The notes under the pieces are model-generated. The model was not told where the DNA came from. It worked only from the letters and a program-made list of their open reading frames with translations, and searched no databases. Of a DNA stretch of 64,000 bases, positions 58,644 through 64,000 are shown in pieces. Source of the DNA: an uncultured Acidobacteriota bacterium (GTDB taxonomy: Bacteria; Acidobacteriota; Vicinamibacteria; Fen-336); contig CAWKAS010000002.1 of NCBI GenBank assembly GCA_963847655.1, positions 513,729 to 577,728 on the forward strand, in the 5' to 3' direction. The position numbers were made by a program, and so were the translations under genes. How positions within the stretch are numbered: position 1 is the first letter of the stretch; the number at the start of each line of letters is the position of its first letter.

Positions 58644-59761
58644 AGAAGGTGATGCTGACGGTAGCGATCCTGCTCGCCCTGCCCGGCCTGGCCACGGCCT
58701 GGCACGAGCCCCCGCCCCCGACCGACCTGGTGTCGGTGCCGGAGGCCGGGGTGTTCTGGCCGTACACCGGCCGCGATTACTCGGGTACGCCCACGGACCC
58801 GATCAACATGGTGTTCCTCGGGGACGCCGATCCCCGACTGATCCGGCAGGCCCTCCTGGCCCTCGACGGCGACCGGACGGCCGAGCCCGCGCTGGCCGCG
58901 TTCGACTGCACCTGGAAGGACGCAATCGGACGCCCGCAGACCAGCTACTCCGACGAGGCGGGCTGGCAGGGCAGCGCCATCCAGCTGGACTGCGGCGAGT
59001 ACTCGACGCTGCGCGCCCACATCCGGCTCTTCCGACAGGATGGGTACACCCTCGGTGGGGCACACCTCGAGGTCCAGATTCCCGGGACCAGCGAGCACGA
59101 GGTCCTCTCCTGGATCGCCCCGCGAGAGCTCGTGACCTTCGATCTGGCGCGGAGCGGTCTGCTCGCGGCCCCGCCGGACTGGGCGCCGGGTCTCACCGAG
59201 GCCCCGACCTACCGCGTCATCCGCTACCAGGTCCTGAACGGCGTCCCGGACGCCCTGCGCGCGGCGATCGGCCTGCCGACGGGCGTGCTGACGAGCGACG
59301 TGCCCATCCCGAACGATGGCGGGGCGGCGGTGCTGACGCTCGCCGGGAAGTTCGTCCCGTCGGCGTCGGAGGCGACCGTCGAGTTCGATCACCCCTTCGG
59401 CCAGGCCATTCCCAAGCCGTTCTGCTCCACTGGGCCGCTGGACTGGCTCTACGTCTCGGGCACGGTCCACATGGTGCATCGCGTGCGGACGGACAGGTAC
59501 GGGCGCCACTTGTCCGGCTTCCTCGCTGCGGGCACGCTCCAGGTCGTCCCGTTCGACCCCCTGACGGGGCAACCCACGGGCGACCCGCCGTACGAGGCTT
59601 CGGTGTCGGAGGCCTACGGCTCCCTGCTCACCAGCCACAGCCAGGCCGCCGCCATGGTCGCGGTGCAGTCCCTGCTCACCGACCCGTCGCAGTCGCTGGT
59701 CGAGAAGCTGTGGGCGGGATACCTGAAGCGCTCCGTCCGTCGGGAGTCCTGCGGCTTCTGA
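58640..59761 (+). CDS. Secreted hypothetical protein co-transcribed with HMGR
   Basis: Signal MKKVMLTVAILLALPGLATA; ATGA overlap with the HMGR stop. Confidence 0.5.
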   Translation: MKKVMLTVAILLALPGLATAWHEPPPPTDLVSVPEAGVFWPYTGRDYSGTPTDPINMVFLGDADPRLIRQALLALDGDRTAEPALAAFDCTWKDAIGRPQTSYSDEAGWQGSAIQLDCGEYSTLRAHIRLFRQDGYTLGGAHLEVQIPGTSEHEVLSWIAPRELVTFDLARSGLLAAPPDWAPGLTEAPTYRVIRYQVLNGVPDALRAAIGLPTGVLTSDVPIPNDGGAAVLTLAGKFVPSASEATVEFDHPFGQAIPKPFCSTGPLDWLYVSGTVHMVHRVRTDRYGRHLSGFLAAGTLQVVPFDPLTGQPTGDPPYEASVSEAYGSLLTSHSQAAAMVAVQSLLTDPSQSLVEKLWAGYLKRSVRRESCGF

Positions 59762-59808
59762 CTCCGCGGGGGCGGGTCGGTCGTTCGGCCGGCCCGCCCC
59801 GGTGCCCG

Positions 59809-60966
59809 CTACCGGCGGAGCGCCCGCCGGAGGAGGCTGCGCGCGGTGGACCACAGCCCCGGCGCCACCGGCTCGCCGTCCAGGAGCCGTTGGAGGTCGT
59901 GCCCCAGCCCGCCCGCCGAGGCGTAACGACGCGTCGGCTCCTTCTCCAGGGCCTTGAGGGTGATCCAGTCGAGATCGCCGCGCAGCTCCCGCACCAGGCG
60001 ACGCGGCTCGGTCCCTCGCTGCGCGGCCGCATCCGAGTAGCCCGTGCCCAAGAGGCGGGTGGCCCTCCGGCTGGGGGGCTCGGGTGTCTCCTGTCCGATG
60101 ATGCGGGTGGTCTCGGCCCAGCCCGCCCTCAGGAGCCGCCCTGGCTCGAACGGCGCCACCCCGACGAGCAGCTCGTACAGGAGGGCCCCCAGCGCGTAGA
60201 CGTCGGTCCGGGCGTCCGGGGCGGGGCCCGCCGGGTCCAGCTGCTCCGGGCTGAGAAGACCGAGGGTCCCGTCCATGAGCCCCCTCCTGGAGTACAGCAG
60301 CTGCCCCGTCGGCCGCTGGTCGAGGGGGCGGGTCTCGCCGAAGCCGAGCACTCGGAGGCGAGGGCGCTCGCCATCCTTCGCCACCAGCAGCTTCGACGGC
60401 TCGAGGTGCAGGTGCAGGAGGCCCCGGGTGTGCGCGCTGTCGATCGCCTCGCACGCCTCGACCAGCAGCTCCAGGCGCTGGCGCACGGGGAGGCGCTCCC
60501 GGTCGCAGTACTCGATGATCGGGACACCGGGGACCCACTCGGCGGCGAACCAGAGACGTCCGTCCTCGGACTCCCCGGCGTCGACCCGGCTCACGATGCC
60601 GGGGTGGTGGATGCGGGCCAGCAGGTCACGCTCCGCCTCGAACCGGGCCAGGACCTGCCGCGCGTCCGCCTTTCGGTCCATGACCCGCACGATGACCCGC
60701 CGCCCGGCCGGCTCGTCCTCCTCGCACAGGTAGGTGGCACCCGTTTCCCCCTCGCCGAGGACATCGAGGATACGAAACGGCCCGACGCGGTCGGGCGTTC
60801 CGGGCGGCGACTCCCCGGACGGAGACGGGACCGGGCCGCTGTCCGCCGAGGCACCCGCCGTCTCGAGCCCGAGGGCCAGGAGGCAGCGGCGGCACGCGTC
60901 TCCCGCCGCGAGAAGGGCGGCGCCGCACCGCGGACAGCGTATCTCGTCCACCATGCCCTGACCCAC
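59809..60966 (-). CDS. Zinc-ribbon + Ser/Thr-kinase-like domain lacking catalytic residues (predicted pseudokinase; likely ECF anti-sigma/partner)
   Basis: N-terminus CPRCGAAL...CRRC. Kinase fold with GxGxxG LGEGETG, but beta-3 Lys replaced (VIVRVMD), HRD replaced by HLHLEPSK, DFG replaced by GFG. Confidence 0.7.
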   Translation of the reverse strand: MGQGMVDEIRCPRCGAALLAAGDACRRCLLALGLETAGASADSGPVPSPSGESPPGTPDRVGPFRILDVLGEGETGATYLCEEDEPAGRRVIVRVMDRKADARQVLARFEAERDLLARIHHPGIVSRVDAGESEDGRLWFAAEWVPGVPIIEYCDRERLPVRQRLELLVEACEAIDSAHTRGLLHLHLEPSKLLVAKDGERPRLRVLGFGETRPLDQRPTGQLLYSRRGLMDGTLGLLSPEQLDPAGPAPDARTDVYALGALLYELLVGVAPFEPGRLLRAGWAETTRIIGQETPEPPSRRATRLLGTGYSDAAAQRGTEPRRLVRELRGDLDWITLKALEKEPTRRYASAGGLGHDLQRLLDGEPVAPGLWSTARSLLRRALRR

Positions 60967-60994
60967 TCAGGAGTGAAGCAGCGGCCCGTCTCTG

Positions 60995-61759
60995 TTACTC
61001 GCTCGGGCCGACACGCTCCCGGTTCCGCCCCTTTCCTCCGGGGCGGTCCGACCGGCCCACCACCGTCAGGAGGTGGCGCAGCTCCTCCCCCACCTCAATG
61101 GGTTCGGCCACCGTGGCGGCGATCTCGTCACGAAGCAGGTGCCCGAATCGCTTCCGCAGGCGGTGGACCGCCACCCGCACCGCCGAGGCCCCGACGCCCC
61201 AGGCCTCCGCCAGCGAGCCGTAGGACTCGGCCGCCTCGTCTCCGGTGAGGTGGCCCTTCAGCATCTCGAACCTCTCCGCACCTTCCTTCTCGGCCGTCTC
61301 GACCCTGAGGCGCTCGAGGGCCCGGGCCAGGACGCGCTCGGCCCACGCCCGTTCGAACAATGTCTCGGGGGTGGACGACTCGACCGGCTCCAGCGAGTAC
61401 CGTCGCTCGGCGCTCACCCCGTCCAGCTCGATCAGCCGGCGCCCGCCCCCGCGCTTGACCGCGCGCTCGCGGTCACGCTCGTTGTTGAGGAAGTTGCGGA
61501 CGGAGACGAGCAGGAACGAGCGGAACCGTCCGTGCTCGGGCCGCAGCTCCTTCACCCACTCCTTCTCCAGGAAGCGCGCGAAGTAGGCCTGGGTCAGGTC
61601 CTCGGCGTCGGTCGGGTCGTGTCCGTAGCGCCGCACCAGGGCGTAGACCGGGTACCAGTAGGCCTCGCAGAGCCCGGAGAGGGCCTCGCGGGCGGTCGCC
61701 GAATCGTCGGCCCCGGCTGCGAAGACCAGGCTCCAGTTGGTCGTGCCCATCCGTCCCAT
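60995..61759 (-). CDS. ECF-type RNA polymerase sigma factor (STK-associated, ECF43-like)
   Basis: Region 2 ...YWYPVYALVRR...DLTQAYFARFLEK; region 4 ...GSLAEAWGVGASAVRVAVHRLRKRF. Confidence 0.8.
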   Translation of the reverse strand: MGRMGTTNWSLVFAAGADDSATAREALSGLCEAYWYPVYALVRRYGHDPTDAEDLTQAYFARFLEKEWVKELRPEHGRFRSFLLVSVRNFLNNERDRERAVKRGGGRRLIELDGVSAERRYSLEPVESSTPETLFERAWAERVLARALERLRVETAEKEGAERFEMLKGHLTGDEAAESYGSLAEAWGVGASAVRVAVHRLRKRFGHLLRDEIAATVAEPIEVGEELRHLLTVVGRSDRPGGKGRNRERVGPSE

Positions 61760-62107
61760 CAGCGACCTCCGCGTCCCACTCGCGCGCTGGTCGGTGCCTG
61801 AAGTGCTTTCGGAATGAGACGGTTGCGGCGATTGTCGGCGCGGGAGACGACCGAGTCAAGGAGGGGCCGAGCGACTGGCGCCGGTCAGGGCGCGCGCGAG
61901 GTGAGCCGCCCGCGAAATCATTGACTTCCGTGGATCCGGCCCCTATCTTCGAGTCCTCACGTCAGAAGACTCACCGTTGCGGCGGCTTGAGCCGGGAGGC
62001 GCGGTGTCGAGAATCGCTCGGGGACGGCGGCCGAGACGAGCGGGCCCCTCCGGCAGGGGGCGCGGGTCGGAGAAACCTCGTCCGGCTCGCGACGGAGGCG
62101 GACGGGC

Positions 62108-64000
62108 GTGACCCCCGATCCCGACGACGACGTCACGACCACCGGCCCCGGCTGGCGGGGCCTCTGGCAGACGCTCTTCGGCAACGGGGAGCCGCCGGAG
62201 AGCGCCTCCCCGAGCGGATCGGACGCTACCGAATCATCTCCCTGCTGGGCGAGGGCGGCATGGGCCGGGTCTACGTCGCCGAGGACAAGACCCTCCGGCG
62301 TCGGGTGGCGGTCAAGGTCTTGAAGGAATCGAACGCGACCTCGGAGAAGCGGTTCCTGCGCGAGGCCCGCGCCGCCGCCAGCATCAGCCACCCCAACGTC
62401 TGCAAGATCTTCGAGGTCGGCGAGGACCAAGGGCGTCTCTTCCTCGCGATGGAGCTGCTCGAGGGCGAGACCCTGGCCCGACGACTGGAGCGCGGCCCGC
62501 TGCCGGTGGCGGAGACGCTCACCATGGCCAGGGAGATGCTCGCGGCCCTCGAGGCCCTCCGCGAGGCCGGGATCGTCCACCGCGACCTCAAGCCCTCCAA
62601 CGTCTTCCTCACCGTGCACGGCGCACGGCTCCTCGACTTCGGCCTCGCCCGCGAGCTTCCGAAGGAGGTCGACCCGCGACCTCGTGAGCGGGGGAGCCGC
62701 TCACGCGGCCAGGGATCCTCCTGGGGACGGTCGGCTACATGGCGCCGGAGCAGGTCCTCGGAGGAGCGGTGGACACGCGCACCGACCTGTTCGCGGTCGG
62801 CATCGTCCTCTACGAAGCCCTCACCGGACGCCAGCCGTTCCCGGGCGAGAAGGCGGTCCAGGTCCTCGCCGCCGTTCTGCACGAGGAGCCGCCTCCCGCT
62901 CGGCGACTCGCGCGAAGCTCGACCGCCCTCGAGCCGGCCGCATTCGCCGAGCCCTGGCCAAGCCGCCCGACAAGCGCTTCGACTCCGCTCGGGAGATGGC
63001 GGACGCACTCGCGCACGCGGTGGAGAACGCGAACGCAGGCCGAGTGCCCACGATGGGCGAGGCCTTCGTGGGCCGGCAGGCCGAGCTGGCCGAGCTGGAG
63101 GAGCGCCTGGCCGCGGCCAAGGCGGGGACGGGAAGCGTGGTCTTCGTGACCGGCGAGCGCGGGGTCGGGAAGAGCATGCTGGTCAGCGAGTTCCTGCGGC
63201 GGGTCCGCTCGAGACCGACTCCCCGGTGACGGTCGTCGTCGGGCGCTGCGCCGAGCCCCGGGGGCCGGCCGAGGCCTTCCTGCCGTTCTTCGACGCCCTC
63301 GGACGTCTCCTCCTGAGCCCGGGCCGCGACCGCACCACGGAGCTGCTGCGCGACTGGGCCCCGACGATCTGCGTGCAGTTCCGGGCGGGGCTCCTGCCCG
63401 ATCCCGACGGGTCGCTGCACCGTCAGGCGGTGGGCGCGACCAAGGACCGACTGGCGAGAGAAGGCCGGCGACTTTCTGGAGGCCGCCTCCCGCGACTTCC
63501 CCATCGTCTTCCATCTCGAGGATCTCCACTGGATCGACGCGGCGAGCGTGGACGTCCTGCACCACATGGGCTGCCGCGTGGCCCGGCAACGGGTGCTGTT
63601 CCTCGCCACGTACCGGCCCGCCGACATGGACGCCGTCAACGCCCCAATGAAGCGCTGCGTCCTGGACCTGGTGGCGCGGGGCGTGGGACGGGAGATGACT
63701 CTCGGGGCGTTCTCGCCGGAGGACGTCCAGGCCTACCTCGACGCTCGCTTTTCGCCAAACCGGTTCCCCCCTTCACTCGCCGGTGCATTGCACGCTCGCA
63801 CCGAGGGGCTGCCGCTGTTCGTCCGGAGCCTCGTCGACCTGCTGCGAGACCGTGGCGAGATCGTTCGGGAGGAGGGTGTGGGGATTCTGACCCGGCCCGT
63901 CGGGGAGCTGGATCTCGAGCCCACGAAGGGACTGCTGGAGCTCGTGCGACACCACATCGAGCTGCTGCCGGAGGAGAACCGGGAGATCCTCCGGCACGCG
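62108..64000 (+). CDS. Ser/Thr protein kinase fused to an AAA/ATPase (STAND-like) domain, 3'-truncated by the window end; at least 5 single-base frameshifts
   Basis: Kinase: [46 protein letters not shown], then in other frames [10 protein letters not shown]...[19 protein letters not shown]. ATPase: [13 protein letters not shown]...[15 protein letters not shown] (Walker A), then [21 protein letters not shown] and following. Indels at cccc, ggggg, gg/aa. Confidence 0.7.

Overview
High-GC (~70%) bacterial chromosomal window with many Ser/Thr kinases, FHA/PEGA domains, ECF sigma and sigma-54 regulators, a Myxococcota- or Gemmatimonadota-like gene repertoire. No rRNA, tRNA or CRISPR array was seen. 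In window order: a hybrid PAS sensor kinase and an NtrC-type sigma-54 activator, with a canonical -24/-12 promoter aimed at a divergent small membrane-protein gene. A small lower-GC scar holding a transposase C-terminal remnant (IS91-like), a PEP-mutase-family remnant and a DUF2254 membrane protein. A ~8.2 kb cyclic beta-1,2-glucan synthase (NdvB/ChvB-like) reading frame broken by at least 15 frameshifts. A four-gene minus-strand operon encoding a MotA/TolQ/ExbB-like channel, an actin/Hsp70-fold ATPase with C-terminal FHA, and two ExbD/TolR-like anchors fused to coiled-coil plus vWA (MIDAS) domains, preceded by a 2 x ~122 bp tandem repeat array carrying a 13 bp palindromic motif. This is probably a novel PMF-driven module. 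A tightly packed minus-strand signalling/secretion operon (lipoproteins, STK-TPR-PEGA, FHA-PEGA-FGE/SUMF1, DUF3604, Pro/Glu/Thr-repeat peptide). Carbohydrate genes (GH2, GH13 sugar phosphorylase, MFS, esterase, GT39-like), transketolase, an M36 protease and an Hbd. A nine-gene translationally coupled operon: BtaA-like SAM-dependent transferase, CTP-dependent polyprenol/dolichol-kinase-like protein, UbiA prenyltransferase, PEP-utilising enzyme, GNAT-like protein, phosphatidylserine decarboxylase, MMPL exporter, class I HMG-CoA reductase and a secreted protein. This is a candidate undescribed isoprenoid polar-lipid pathway. Finally an ECF sigma factor followed by a zinc-ribbon pseudokinase and a frameshifted STK-AAA gene. 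Several genes carry single-base indels at short homopolymers; I cannot tell from sequence whether these are assembly errors or real pseudogenisation. Coordinates derived by hand from the ORF track may be off by a few bases.
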